Below, piece after piece: positions 45,781 through 54,671 of a stretch of DNA of 64,000 bases. Source of the stretch: an uncultured Bacteroidia bacterium (lineage in GTDB: Bacteria > Bacteroidota > Bacteroidia > Bacteroidales > F082); contig CACZNA010000007.1 of the NCBI GenBank assembly GCA_902782455.1, positions 3,865 through 67,864 of the forward strand, read 5' to 3'. Positions within the stretch are counted from its first letter, which is position 1; every line of letters starts with the position of its first letter. The notes under the pieces were generated by a model, which was given only the letters and a program-made list of their open reading frames with translations, made no database searches and had not been told where the DNA came from. The position numbers and the translations under genes were made by a program.

Positions 45781-45947
45781 TTGGAAAAAAGTTGCAAAAA
45801 GGGGGTTGAAACAGTGTTCTTCAGCGGAGGCAAAACGATGAACATGTTGGAAAAAAGTTGCAAAAAGGGGGTTGAAACAGTGGAAAAAAGTTGTAATTTT
45901 GCATCGAAAATAGTGGAAAAAATTTGCAAAAAAGCACTGAAACACAG
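45781..45947. repeat. Iteron-like block: two perfect 36-bp repeats separated by 30 bp, then two degenerate ~33-bp units in direct tandem
   Basis: ttggaaaaaagttgcaaaaagggggttgaaacagtg occurs at 45781-45816 and 45847-45882. It is followed by ggaaaaaagttgtaattttgcatcgaaaatagtg and gaaaaaatttgcaaaaaagcactgaaacacag. Confidence 0.85.
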
Positions 45948-46016
45948 AAATATTGCCGCTGGCACAGAAATTGTGATTATCTTTGCAGCGTAAAACAGAT
46001 TAAAGGAGAAAGGATT

Positions 46017-46190
46017 ATGGCAACGGCAATTAAGGCGATACCGACGCTTTACGGAGATGCTGCCCGTCGCTTCCGCGACATGGCTGACGAGGCGGAGATG
46101 CGATATGAACGTAGCGAAAAAAAAGACAGGGATAAAGACCCGTTTGTCATCGCTATGCGAGAAATGTTGAAGCGTTCTGGTTTGGAATAA
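46017..46190 (+). CDS. Small protein (57 aa), candidate antitoxin for the downstream GNAT
   Basis: MATAIKAIPTLYGDAARRFRDMADEAE.. Preceded by a strong AAAGGAGAAAGG Shine-Dalgarno-like element. 11 bp before the GNAT gene. Confidence 0.5.
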   Translation: MATAIKAIPTLYGDAARRFRDMADEAEMRYERSEKKDRDKDPFVIAMREMLKRSGLE

Positions 46191-46201
46191 AAACCACTCG
46201 G

Positions 46202-46831
46202 ATGAAAGAATCATTTCTTTTGACGCAGTGCAATTTGTCACTACTCACACAAGAAATCATAGATTATTGCTACCCTTTCTCGTGTGGGAAGGATGACGAT
46301 ATGGACGAGTTTTTCAGGAAAGACGCATTGGAATATACCCGTTTCCTGATGGGAAAAACTTATTGTTTTCGCCTGAATGAAGACCCTAGGCGTATTGTAT
46401 GTTGCTTTACCCTTTCTAACGACAGCATCCGTATTTACGATTTGCCGAGTGCCCGTCGCCAAGCCATGTGGAAAATCACTAATCGGGAAAAGATGCTGTC
46501 TCGTTTCCCTGGTGTGCTAATCGGAAGGCTTGCTGTTTCTGTAGATTTTGGCGGGAAAGGCATTGGCTCAGATGCACTTACTTTTATAAAAGAATGGTTT
46601 ACGGAAAAGAGCAACAAAACGGCTTGTCGTTTTTCCATTGTTGATGCCAAAAACGAGCCAGAAGTCCTTCGGTTTTATGAGAAGAATGGTTTCAAGACAC
46701 TATTTCCAAATGAAATAGACGAAGACCTATACACCAAACCGCCGAAAGACGAACAGGAAAAAGCGGAACGCCTATGCCATCCCCGCAAACTGCGCACAAG
46801 GCTGATGTTCCGCGACTTGCTGAATGATTAG
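46202..46831 (+). CDS. GNAT family N-acetyltransferase, TacT/KacT-like toxin candidate
   Basis: ..FSCGKDDDMDEFFRKDA.., GRLAVSVDFGGKGIGSDAL.. (acetyl-CoA loop), IVDAKNEPEVLRFYEKNGF. Confidence 0.6.
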   Translation: MKESFLLTQCNLSLLTQEIIDYCYPFSCGKDDDMDEFFRKDALEYTRFLMGKTYCFRLNEDPRRIVCCFTLSNDSIRIYDLPSARRQAMWKITNREKMLSRFPGVLIGRLAVSVDFGGKGIGSDALTFIKEWFTEKSNKTACRFSIVDAKNEPEVLRFYEKNGFKTLFPNEIDEDLYTKPPKDEQEKAERLCHPRKLRTRLMFRDLLND

Positions 46832-46977
46832 TCTTGTTTTTCACAAAACCAGCAAAACCGTCAAAACTTTTTTTGTCAAGGAAAGCCCGCCAACCGGCGG
46901 CTTTCCAGCGGCAACACGGCTTGTGAAGCCGCTTACACCTCTATTGTTTTGCAAGTTTTGAAGGTTTTGTGAAATAA

Positions 46978-47571
46978 TTACAAATTGTTTATAGTTCTTT
47001 CCAATTTCTCTTTCCCCTCAAACAATATCCCCGTGATGCCCAAAGCATTCGCCGCCGCCACATTATTCGGGTTGTCATCAATGAAAACCGTTTCCTCGGC
47101 CTTGATGCCGAAGCGTTGCAAGGCCAGTTGGAAAATCCTCGGGTCAGGCTTCATCACCCGCTCGATGCCCGAAATCACCATATCCTCCATGAGGTTGAGG
47201 ACGGGATAGACAGGCCTCACCAAGGCAAAGGTTTCCTCAGACCAGTTGGACAGTCCAAACACACGGAAGCCTTTGGCTTTCAGTTCCTTGATATATTCCT
47301 CCATACCAGGAATCTGTCCGCCCATCATCTTCATGAACTCGCCGTAATACAGCTCGATTTCCTTCTTCCACTCGGGATGCTCGGCAATGAGTTCAGCCGT
47401 GCCTTCCGCCACGGGACGACCGTTGTCGTGTTGGGCATTCCATTCGTAGGTGCAGATGTTGGTGAGGAACCATTCGGCCTTGTCCTTGTCGCCGAAATAA
47501 GGGTCATAGAGATAATGCGGGTTCCAGTCTAAGAGCACGCCGCCATAGTCGAAGATTATGTTTTTGATCAT
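46978..47571 (-). CDS. HAD-superfamily hydrolase (subfamily IA-like)
   Basis: IIFDYGGVLL (DxG/DxD-type motif I), GLSNWS, VFIDDNPNNV. Confidence 0.8.
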   Translation of the reverse strand: MIKNIIFDYGGVLLDWNPHYLYDPYFGDKDKAEWFLTNICTYEWNAQHDNGRPVAEGTAELIAEHPEWKKEIELYYGEFMKMMGGQIPGMEEYIKELKAKGFRVFGLSNWSEETFALVRPVYPVLNLMEDMVISGIERVMKPDPRIFQLALQRFGIKAEETVFIDDNPNNVAAANALGITGILFEGKEKLERTINNL

Positions 47572-47573
47572 AG

Positions 47574-48437
47574 TCAGTTCTTTTCGTTGATTTGTTTTTG
47601 TTCGTCTTCTTTTGCTGCTTTCAGTTTCATGGCCTCTTTCGCGTTCAGCGAAGTCACCACGGGCTTCCCCGTTTTGGTTTCCAACTCCATGCGGGCGTGG
47701 CGGGCAATCTCGCCGCCTTGACGTGCCACATCCATGTGCTCGCCAAAAGTTTCGGGGTTTTGGCTTTCTGAAATATCCTTGGTGGAGAGTTCAGCCAGCA
47801 TGTTCAACACCAGTTCGCGGTTAGTCATGTTGTCGCGCAGGTTTTCTTTCTTCAAACCTTTGAATTGCTTGTATTCCTTGGCAGTCATGCCTGACCATGT
47901 GCTGTAAATGATGTCCGTCAAAGTCGCGAATTGAACTCCTTCCTGCAAACCACGTTTCTTCCATTCATCCGTCAAGTCCTTTCGGATTTCGATCGACTTC
48001 AGCCGCTGGTTAATCCAAGCATCGGAATAACCCAAACGCTTGTAGTCCATCATAGCCTGCTCAATGCTCAGTTCAGGGTCTTGCATTTGGTCAAGTCGTT
48101 GTGCTGCCACTTGCGCCATCCATTGCTTGAAAGGTTCAGCCTTGGGGGATGGAATGGATTGGATAAGACGAAGAAGTTGCTCTGTATCAGCGACATCCGT
48201 CTTGTATCTCTTACCATCAGAAGACTGCATTTTCAGTTGGTTACAATTTGTAACCGACTCGTTTCCTTCCTTTATCAATCTGTGTTTCAGAACTTTCCAA
48301 TAGTTACGAGGATTGGAACTTTCGGTTAATACCGCAATTACATCCACTATGGAAAAATACCATTTCTCTGCCTCGTCGTCCCAAAGGGCGCGAACTTTCT
48401 TTTCCTCGAAAAGCTGTATTTTATTGTGCTGGGTCAT
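47574..48437 (-). CDS. Bro-N domain / DNA-damage-inducible protein D (DinD)-like protein
   Basis: IQLFEEKKVRALWDDEAEKWYFSIVDVIAVLTES.NPRNYW is Bro-N-like. The helical C-terminal part matches the DinD layout. Start at MTQHNK. Confidence 0.65.
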   Translation of the reverse strand: MTQHNKIQLFEEKKVRALWDDEAEKWYFSIVDVIAVLTESSNPRNYWKVLKHRLIKEGNESVTNCNQLKMQSSDGKRYKTDVADTEQLLRLIQSIPSPKAEPFKQWMAQVAAQRLDQMQDPELSIEQAMMDYKRLGYSDAWINQRLKSIEIRKDLTDEWKKRGLQEGVQFATLTDIIYSTWSGMTAKEYKQFKGLKKENLRDNMTNRELVLNMLAELSTKDISESQNPETFGEHMDVARQGGEIARHARMELETKTGKPVVTSLNAKEAMKLKAAKEDEQKQINEKN

Positions 48438-48472
48438 AATTCCTTGATTTTGCCGCAAAGTTAGCGAAAAAT

Positions 48473-49675
48473 TCAATACAAAAACCCGAACAGCCAAAGC
48501 GGAATCTTGTTGCCGCGGCCAAACTCAACGCCGTCGATGGCCAAAAAACTGTCCGGAAGGTCTTTGATTTGCTCGAAACGCTTGTCGGCACCGCCCACTT
48601 CGAAGGTGTATTTCCCGTCAACGAGGAAATCGCCTTGCTTCGGCGCGTTGAGTTCGTGATTGTGACAGGTCTGGTTGTAGAAATAAGTCTCCCTCACCGC
48701 CCCGATGGCCGGATTGGGATTGAAAGCGTACATCAAGTTGGTGTTGTCCAAAAACAACTTTTCCGGCGACGACATCTGCTTGAAGGCCTTGACGCGGGTC
48801 TTCAACTGCCCCAACAAAGCGCCTCTTTCCAACAAGTCCAGCAACTTCAAGCCCTGCTCGCGGCTGGTTTCAAGTTGGCGGTAAAGTTCTTCCATCTTCG
48901 GCACAAACGGCACTTGCAAAGCAATGATACCCAGCAACTTCTTCAACTTCTGAATCGTTATGTATTCCACTTTGTCCACAGCCGGCATATCCAATTCGAT
49001 GGTCTGCTGCGCCACTTCCATCAGTTTGGCGTGGAAGCCCTCCAAGTCCTCCTTGTAAAACGGATAGTAGCCGTGACGACAATAGCGCTCAAAATGCGGC
49101 AAAATGCGCACATTCTCGGCTATTTCCGAGGCAATCTGCACATGGCGGGTCAAAATGTCGTCCAATGACAGTTTTTCGTGATGCAGAATGTCCTCAAACA
49201 TCAGATATTCACGAAACGAGAGGCCGTTCATCGTGTGCATAGCCACGCGGCGCGACAGGTCGCCTTCGCCTTTGGTCAATTTCAGCATCGAACTGCCCGT
49301 AAACACCACATTCATCGTCGGATAGTCGTCGTAAATGTTCTTGATGTAGGTCTGCCAATGCTCGTATTTGTGTACCTCGTCAAGAAAAAGGTGGGTACCT
49401 CCGTGCGTGTAATGGTATTCCACCAAATCGGCGAGGGTGTTGTTGGCAAACCACATATTGTCCAACGACACATACAGCACCTTGCTCTCGTCTGTAAAGG
49501 CCTCCTTGATGCGTTGCTTCAGCAGCGTCGATTTCCCCACGCCTTTCGGCCCTTTGATGCCGATGATGCGGGCGTTCCAGTTGATGCTGTGCAGCAGTTC
49601 CCTTTGGAATTTCATACTTACCTGCTGCACACTTCGCTTTGAGTTTCTGTAGAGTATGTCCGGGCTTTCATTCAT
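48473..49675 (-). CDS. AAA+ ATPase with C-terminal DUF4143-like domain
   Basis: IIGIKGPKGVGKSTLL (Walker A), LFLDEVHKY (Walker B). Start at MNESPD. A TATCTTTG box lies at 49708-49701 on the minus strand. Confidence 0.75.
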   Translation of the reverse strand: MNESPDILYRNSKRSVQQVSMKFQRELLHSINWNARIIGIKGPKGVGKSTLLKQRIKEAFTDESKVLYVSLDNMWFANNTLADLVEYHYTHGGTHLFLDEVHKYEHWQTYIKNIYDDYPTMNVVFTGSSMLKLTKGEGDLSRRVAMHTMNGLSFREYLMFEDILHHEKLSLDDILTRHVQIASEIAENVRILPHFERYCRHGYYPFYKEDLEGFHAKLMEVAQQTIELDMPAVDKVEYITIQKLKKLLGIIALQVPFVPKMEELYRQLETSREQGLKLLDLLERGALLGQLKTRVKAFKQMSSPEKLFLDNTNLMYAFNPNPAIGAVRETYFYNQTCHNHELNAPKQGDFLVDGKYTFEVGGADKRFEQIKDLPDSFLAIDGVEFGRGNKIPLWLFGFLY

Positions 49676-49713
49676 AATTCCCTCCTTTGTTTTGACGCCG
49701 CAAAGATACAAAA

Positions 49714-49890
49714 CAATATTTAAATATTGAAATTTTTGAAGAAAAAAATATCTAAATATTGAAAATTAAAGAAAAATCACTATTGAATTATTGATATATC
49801 TGCATATATTCAATATTTAAATATGTAAAATTCTCAGAAAAACAATATTTCAATATTGATATTTTTATTTGAAAACAATATTCAAATATG
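49714..49890. promoter_or_regulatory. Array of six phased 16-bp palindromes (consensus CAATATTTAAATATTG) in a divergent promoter region
   Basis: Site starts are 49714 (perfect), 49746, 49778, 49811, 49843 and 49876. Spacings are 32, 32, 33, 32 and 33 bp. Confidence 0.8.
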
Positions 49891-49928
49891 GAAATGCAAA
49901 AACACGCCTTATTTTGCAAAGAAAACCG

Positions 49929-49936
49929 TATTTTTG
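49929..49936 (+). promoter_or_regulatory. -7 promoter box TATTTTTG upstream of tex
   Basis: TAnnTTTG match 21 nt upstream of ATG 49957. Confidence 0.45.
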
Positions 49937-49956
49937 CGCTTCAAAACTTGAAAAAT

Positions 49957-52095
49957 ATGCCTAACACCATAGACTTCGCCCCGCAAATCGCGCAGGAACT
50001 CAACTTGGCCGCGCACCATGTGGCCAATGTCATTCGCCTTTTCGACGAAGGCGCAACCATCCCTTTCATCGCCCGCTACCGCAAGGAAATGACAGGCACA
50101 ATGAACGAGGAAAACGTGGCCGCCGTGCAAAAACGCCTCGAACAACTCGTTGAATTACAGAAACGTAAGGAAAGCGTCATCGCATCCATCCGCGAACAGG
50201 AGAAACTCACGCCCGAATTGGAGCAGAAGATACTGAACGCCAAGACCTTGCAGGAAGTTGAGGATTTGTATCTCCCCTACAAGCCTAAACGCCGCACCCG
50301 CGCCGCCATCGCCCGCGAAAAGGGTTTGGAGCCACTGGCCGCACAAATCATGGCGCAAAATGTGGATATGGTGGATCGCCTCGCAGCGCGTTACGTCAAT
50401 GCGGGCAAAGGCGTGAACGACGTGGAGGAAGCCCTGCAAGGGGCGAAAGACATCATGGCCGAGTGGGTTTCAGAGAACATCAACGGGCGCAACCGCATCC
50501 GCAAGATTTTCCATTTGCAGGGCGACATCAGTTCCGCCGTGGTGAAAGGCAAGGAAGAAGAAGGCAAGACCTACCAACAATATTTCGACTTCCGCGAGCC
50601 GATTTCGCAGGCACCATCGCATAGGCTTTTGGCCTTGTTCCGCGCCGAAGATGAGGGTATGGTGAAACTGAAAATCAAGGTGGATGACGATTTTGTGCTC
50701 AATTCGTTGGAGAGCATTTTCCTGAAAAACGACAACGAATCTTCCGAACTCGTGCGCGAGGCCATCGCCGACTCGTGGAAACGCCTTTTGGAGCCGAGCA
50801 TCGAGACCGAAATCCGCAATTATTATAAGGAGAAGGCCGACGAAACCGCCATCCGCGTTTTTGCCGAGAACTTGAAACAACTCCTTTTGGCCGCCCCGAT
50901 GGGCCAAAAGCGCGTCCTTGCCATCGACCCGGGCTTCCGCACGGGCTGCAAGGTGGTGGTCTTGAGCGAAACGGGCGCATTGTTGCACAACGAAACCATC
51001 TATCCCCATCCGCCCAAGTCGGACACAGTAGGCGCGATGCGCAAAATCAAGGCATTAGTGGATGCCTATAGAATCAAGGTGATTGCCATCGGCAACGGCA
51101 CGGCAGGACGCGAGACCGAGGACTTTATCCGCTCCATCAAGTTCGACCGCGACCTGATGGCCGTGATGGTGAGCGAGAGCGGCGCGTCGGTGTATTCCGC
51201 CTCAAAAATCGCCCGCGACGAGTTCCCCGACTACGACATCACCGTGCGCGGCGCGGTCAGCATCGGTCGCCGACTGATGGACCCTTTGGCCGAGTTGGTG
51301 AAAATCGACCCGAAGAGTATCGGCGTGGGACAATACCAGCACGATGTCGATCAAAAGAAACTCGGTGAGAGCCTCGACCAAACCGTGGAAAGTTGTGTGA
51401 ACGCCGTAGGCGTGGAACTGAACACGGCCAGCCAGCGACTGCTGTCATACGTCAGCGGCGTCGGCCCAAGTTTGGCCTCCAACATCATCCAATACCGCGA
51501 GGAAAAAGGCGGTTTCAAGAACCGCAAACAACTCAAGGAAGTGCCGCGCCTCGGCGACAAGGCCTTCGAGCAATGCGCGGGCTTTTTGCGCATCCATAAC
51601 GGTGAAAATCCACTTGACCAAAGTGCCGTCCACCCGGAAAGTTATCACATCGTGGAAAAGATGGCCAAATCGCTGAACGTGAAGGTGAAAGACCTCATCG
51701 GCAACAAGGAACTCATCGCGAAAATCAAGCCGGAGAATTTCGTTGAAAAGGACTTCGGCTTGGAGACCATCAACGACATTTTGACCGAATTGGACAAGCC
51801 CGGTCGCGACCCAAGAAAGACTTTTGAAGCCTTTGAGTTCGACAAGAACATCCGCGAGGTCAAGGACTTGCGTGCTGGAATGACCTTGAACGGCATCGTG
51901 ACCAACATCACCGCTTTTGGCGCGTTTGTCGATATAGGCGTTCACCAAGACGGCCTCGTCCACATCAGCCAAATGGCCGATCGTTACATCAAAGACCCGA
52001 ATGAGGTGGTGCATCTGAACCAAAAAGTGAAAGTAAAGGTTTTGGAGGTCGATGCGAACAGAAACAGGATTAGTTTGACGATGAAATTGCAATAA
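49957..52095 (+). CDS. tex: Tex-family transcription accessory protein (S1 RNA-binding)
   Basis: FIARYRKE.TG N-terminal motif, a YqgF/RuvC-like segment (LAIDPGFRTGCKV), HhH, and a C-terminal S1 domain (GIVTNITAFGAFVDIGVHQDGLVHISQ). Confidence 0.92.
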   Translation: MPNTIDFAPQIAQELNLAAHHVANVIRLFDEGATIPFIARYRKEMTGTMNEENVAAVQKRLEQLVELQKRKESVIASIREQEKLTPELEQKILNAKTLQEVEDLYLPYKPKRRTRAAIAREKGLEPLAAQIMAQNVDMVDRLAARYVNAGKGVNDVEEALQGAKDIMAEWVSENINGRNRIRKIFHLQGDISSAVVKGKEEEGKTYQQYFDFREPISQAPSHRLLALFRAEDEGMVKLKIKVDDDFVLNSLESIFLKNDNESSELVREAIADSWKRLLEPSIETEIRNYYKEKADETAIRVFAENLKQLLLAAPMGQKRVLAIDPGFRTGCKVVVLSETGALLHNETIYPHPPKSDTVGAMRKIKALVDAYRIKVIAIGNGTAGRETEDFIRSIKFDRDLMAVMVSESGASVYSASKIARDEFPDYDITVRGAVSIGRRLMDPLAELVKIDPKSIGVGQYQHDVDQKKLGESLDQTVESCVNAVGVELNTASQRLLSYVSGVGPSLASNIIQYREEKGGFKNRKQLKEVPRLGDKAFEQCAGFLRIHNGENPLDQSAVHPESYHIVEKMAKSLNVKVKDLIGNKELIAKIKPENFVEKDFGLETINDILTELDKPGRDPRKTFEAFEFDKNIREVKDLRAGMTLNGIVTNITAFGAFVDIGVHQDGLVHISQMADRYIKDPNEVVHLNQKVKVKVLEVDANRNRISLTMKLQ

Positions 52096-52188
52096 AAAAC
52101 CGCAAAAACGACAAAAAAGCGGTTTAAAGCAAAATATTTGTCCAAAAATTTGCATTTGTAAAACAAGACATCTATTTTTGCAGCTGAA

Positions 52189-54651
52189 ATGCCATTTATT
52201 ATGACTAAACTGATAAAGCCGCTTTGTTTAAGCATCGTCATTTTCGGGTTGTACCTTTCCTCAACCGCCAACCCTGTCGACCTGCAAACAGCCCAATCCG
52301 TTGCTGCCAAGTTCATGGGCACCAACGATTTGCAGCTTTCCGCGACTTATCGGATGGACAACATCATTGCCGCCTTTTATGTCTTCAACACCGCTGACGG
52401 CTTCGTCATCGTTGCCGCCGACGACTGCGAAACACCCATCATCGGTTATTCCCATGAAGGCCGTTTCGACCCAAACAATGTCCCCGTGCAAATGGTTGGT
52501 TATCTTCAGGATTTCGTCGAAAGGATACAATACGGCATTGAGAACCATATTGTTGCAAACGAAACCACGGCAAGGCAATGGGAACTTGTGAAAACCACTG
52601 GACGGCTCAACGACCGCAAGTCCACCCAAGCCGTGGAGCCTTTATTGACCGAATTGTGGCATCAGGGTTGCCTTTACAACAGCCTCTGCCCTACTATGAG
52701 CGGTCCTTGCAGCCATGCAGAAGCAGGTTGTGTAGCGGTGGCCATGGGACAAATCATGCACTATTGGAAATACCCGGATATGGGTTGGGGTTACCACTCC
52801 TACTCCAATCAAGGCATCACGCTCTCAGCCGACTTCGGCAACACCGCTTACGACTGGGACCACATGCCCGATTCACTGACCGAAAGTTCTAACGAAACCG
52901 AGGTCAATGCGGTGGCAACCCTGTTGTACCATTGTGGCGTGGCAGTGGACATGGAATATAACACAAACGGTTCAGGAGCCAGTTCCAACGATGTACCTGA
53001 TGCCTTGAAACGCTATTTCAACTATTCCAGGCGCGTCCACAGGGAAAAGCAATCCGATTACACAAATGACGAATGGCTGTCGATGTTGAAAAGCAGCCTT
53101 GATGCGCAACGTCCTGTGCTTTATTCGGGACATGGTGACGCAGGCGGACATGCCTTTGTATGCGACGGTTATGACGACAACGACTTGCTGCATTTCAATT
53201 GGGGCTGGGGCCGCGCCAACGGCTATTTCGCCTTGGGCAACCTGAATCCCATCGGCTATGAGTTCAACGAGAACAATTACGCCGTTTTCGACATCATCCC
53301 GCAATTTGAGCCTTGGATTGTGGAAGCCACGCCTTATCCACCCGAGGCAGGCATCATCGAAGGAACAGGAGGATACCATCTCGGTGAACAATGCACGCTT
53401 ACAGCAGTGTCCAACGAAAAATGCGAGTTCCTCCATTGGAAGAAAGACGGGAGGGTTGTATCCAACGACACGACCTATTCTTTTATCATCAACAACGATG
53501 TTGATGACATTGAGGCCTGTTTTTCCTATAAGCCAATAAAGGATATTTCAGCGCACCATGCGCCTGACACAAACGATGTGAACAGCCCTTACGTCAGCCT
53601 TTCATGGAATTTCGACGGCAAGCACGAATGGACATTATTGAACCGATTCAGAATCGACGAGGAGAACTTGGTGACAACGGATGGCGAATACATCTATACC
53701 GCCTTTCCCTATTGGCATAACAGCCAGTTCATGTTCGGAAAATACACAATGGATGGTGAAATGGTAGAAGCCTTTAATATCGATGGAGCCAGACCAGACG
53801 GCCTGACCTGTGACGGGAACTATTTCTATTGCAGCAAAAACACCGCTTCCTACGATATTTGCCACCTTTATCGTTATGACTTTAACGACAAAACGCTTGT
53901 GGACAGCACCAATATGATGAATCGGCAGTTTTCCAAATGCGCCTATGACGCTTATTATGATGGCTTTTGGCTTTTGCATTACTATCCTGCCAACCAATTA
54001 TATCTGCAAACCCGTCAAGGCGAACCGATAGGCGGCACAACGATACCGTCATCAATGCAACTCGAACTCAATGGATTTGGAGGCATTACGGCCAAAGACG
54101 GGAGTCCTCATTTATTGATATGTTTAGGTGGAGGCATTTACGATTATGACATCCTCAACGAAAAACTGAACACCAATTCCATAACGAGATTGGATTATAC
54201 AGGCCGTGCCTTGGATGCTTCCGTCGGAAAATACAACGGCAAAGACGCAATTTATTTGATTGCCAAGGACTATGGAACTGAAAACCATTGGATTTACATT
54301 TATGAGATTGCGTGTCATTTGTCTCCAATTTTGCACTATCGGCTTTATCGTGCCGACAACGAAGGAAACACGGTGATGCTTGCCGACGAATACACTGGCA
54401 CTTCCTTCATCGACTCAACGTGGAACCACACATGCGCTGGCATGTATCGCTTCGGTATCAGTGAGGTCTACTACAATGGCTCCGAGTCGGAAATCATTTG
54501 GTCCGACCTCATCAAAAAGACGGACTTCGGCATTGATGAGAACGACCAAGAAACGCCCGAACAAGCCGTCCAGAAAGTGTTTGAAGACGGGCAAATCGTC
54601 ATCATCAAAAACGGGAAACGATACACCATCACAGGACAACATTTGAATTAA
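52189..54651 (+). CDS. Peptidase C10 family cysteine protease with ~450-aa uncharacterised C-terminal extension (tandem copy 1)
   Basis: Propeptide-like ..AFYVFNTADGFVIVAADDCETPIIGYS. Catalytic motifs AGCVAVAMGQIMHYW and GGHAFVCDGYDDNDLLHFNWGWG. The start could instead be MTKL at 52201, since the TATTTTTG box ends at 52180. Confidence 0.85.
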   Translation: MPFIMTKLIKPLCLSIVIFGLYLSSTANPVDLQTAQSVAAKFMGTNDLQLSATYRMDNIIAAFYVFNTADGFVIVAADDCETPIIGYSHEGRFDPNNVPVQMVGYLQDFVERIQYGIENHIVANETTARQWELVKTTGRLNDRKSTQAVEPLLTELWHQGCLYNSLCPTMSGPCSHAEAGCVAVAMGQIMHYWKYPDMGWGYHSYSNQGITLSADFGNTAYDWDHMPDSLTESSNETEVNAVATLLYHCGVAVDMEYNTNGSGASSNDVPDALKRYFNYSRRVHREKQSDYTNDEWLSMLKSSLDAQRPVLYSGHGDAGGHAFVCDGYDDNDLLHFNWGWGRANGYFALGNLNPIGYEFNENNYAVFDIIPQFEPWIVEATPYPPEAGIIEGTGGYHLGEQCTLTAVSNEKCEFLHWKKDGRVVSNDTTYSFIINNDVDDIEACFSYKPIKDISAHHAPDTNDVNSPYVSLSWNFDGKHEWTLLNRFRIDEENLVTTDGEYIYTAFPYWHNSQFMFGKYTMDGEMVEAFNIDGARPDGLTCDGNYFYCSKNTASYDICHLYRYDFNDKTLVDSTNMMNRQFSKCAYDAYYDGFWLLHYYPANQLYLQTRQGEPIGGTTIPSSMQLELNGFGGITAKDGSPHLLICLGGGIYDYDILNEKLNTNSITRLDYTGRALDASVGKYNGKDAIYLIAKDYGTENHWIYIYEIACHLSPILHYRLYRADNEGNTVMLADEYTGTSFIDSTWNHTCAGMYRFGISEVYYNGSESEIIWSDLIKKTDFGIDENDQETPEQAVQKVFEDGQIVIIKNGKRYTITGQHLN

Positions 54652-54671
54652 CATCATTAAACTCAATTTTT

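Noticed and set aside
45781-45882. Possible mini-CRISPR array: two perfect 36-bp repeats ending in GTTGAAAC-like sequence, separated by a 30-bp spacer.
   Set aside because: The following repeat units are degenerate and directly abut each other with no spacers. There are only two perfect repeats, and no cas genes or leader are present anywhere in the window. An iteron/operator-type tandem repeat fits better.
46832-46977. Possible small RNA or tRNA in the GNAT-HAD spacer (hairpins ggaaagcccgcc-aacc-ggcggctttcc and ggctt-gtg-aagcc).
   Set aside because: There is no cloverleaf-compatible arrangement or conserved tRNA boxes. The location between convergent genes fits transcription-end hairpins, although the U-tracts are poor, so I did not call a terminator either.
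49714-49890. AT-rich phased palindromes as a replication origin (oriC-like DUE plus boxes).
   Set aside because: I found no DnaA-box-like TTATCCACA/TGTGGATAA sequences in or next to the array. There is no dnaA, dnaN or other origin-linked gene nearby. The sites are dyad-symmetric operators rather than asymmetric 9-mers. I kept it as a regulatory or centromere-like array instead.
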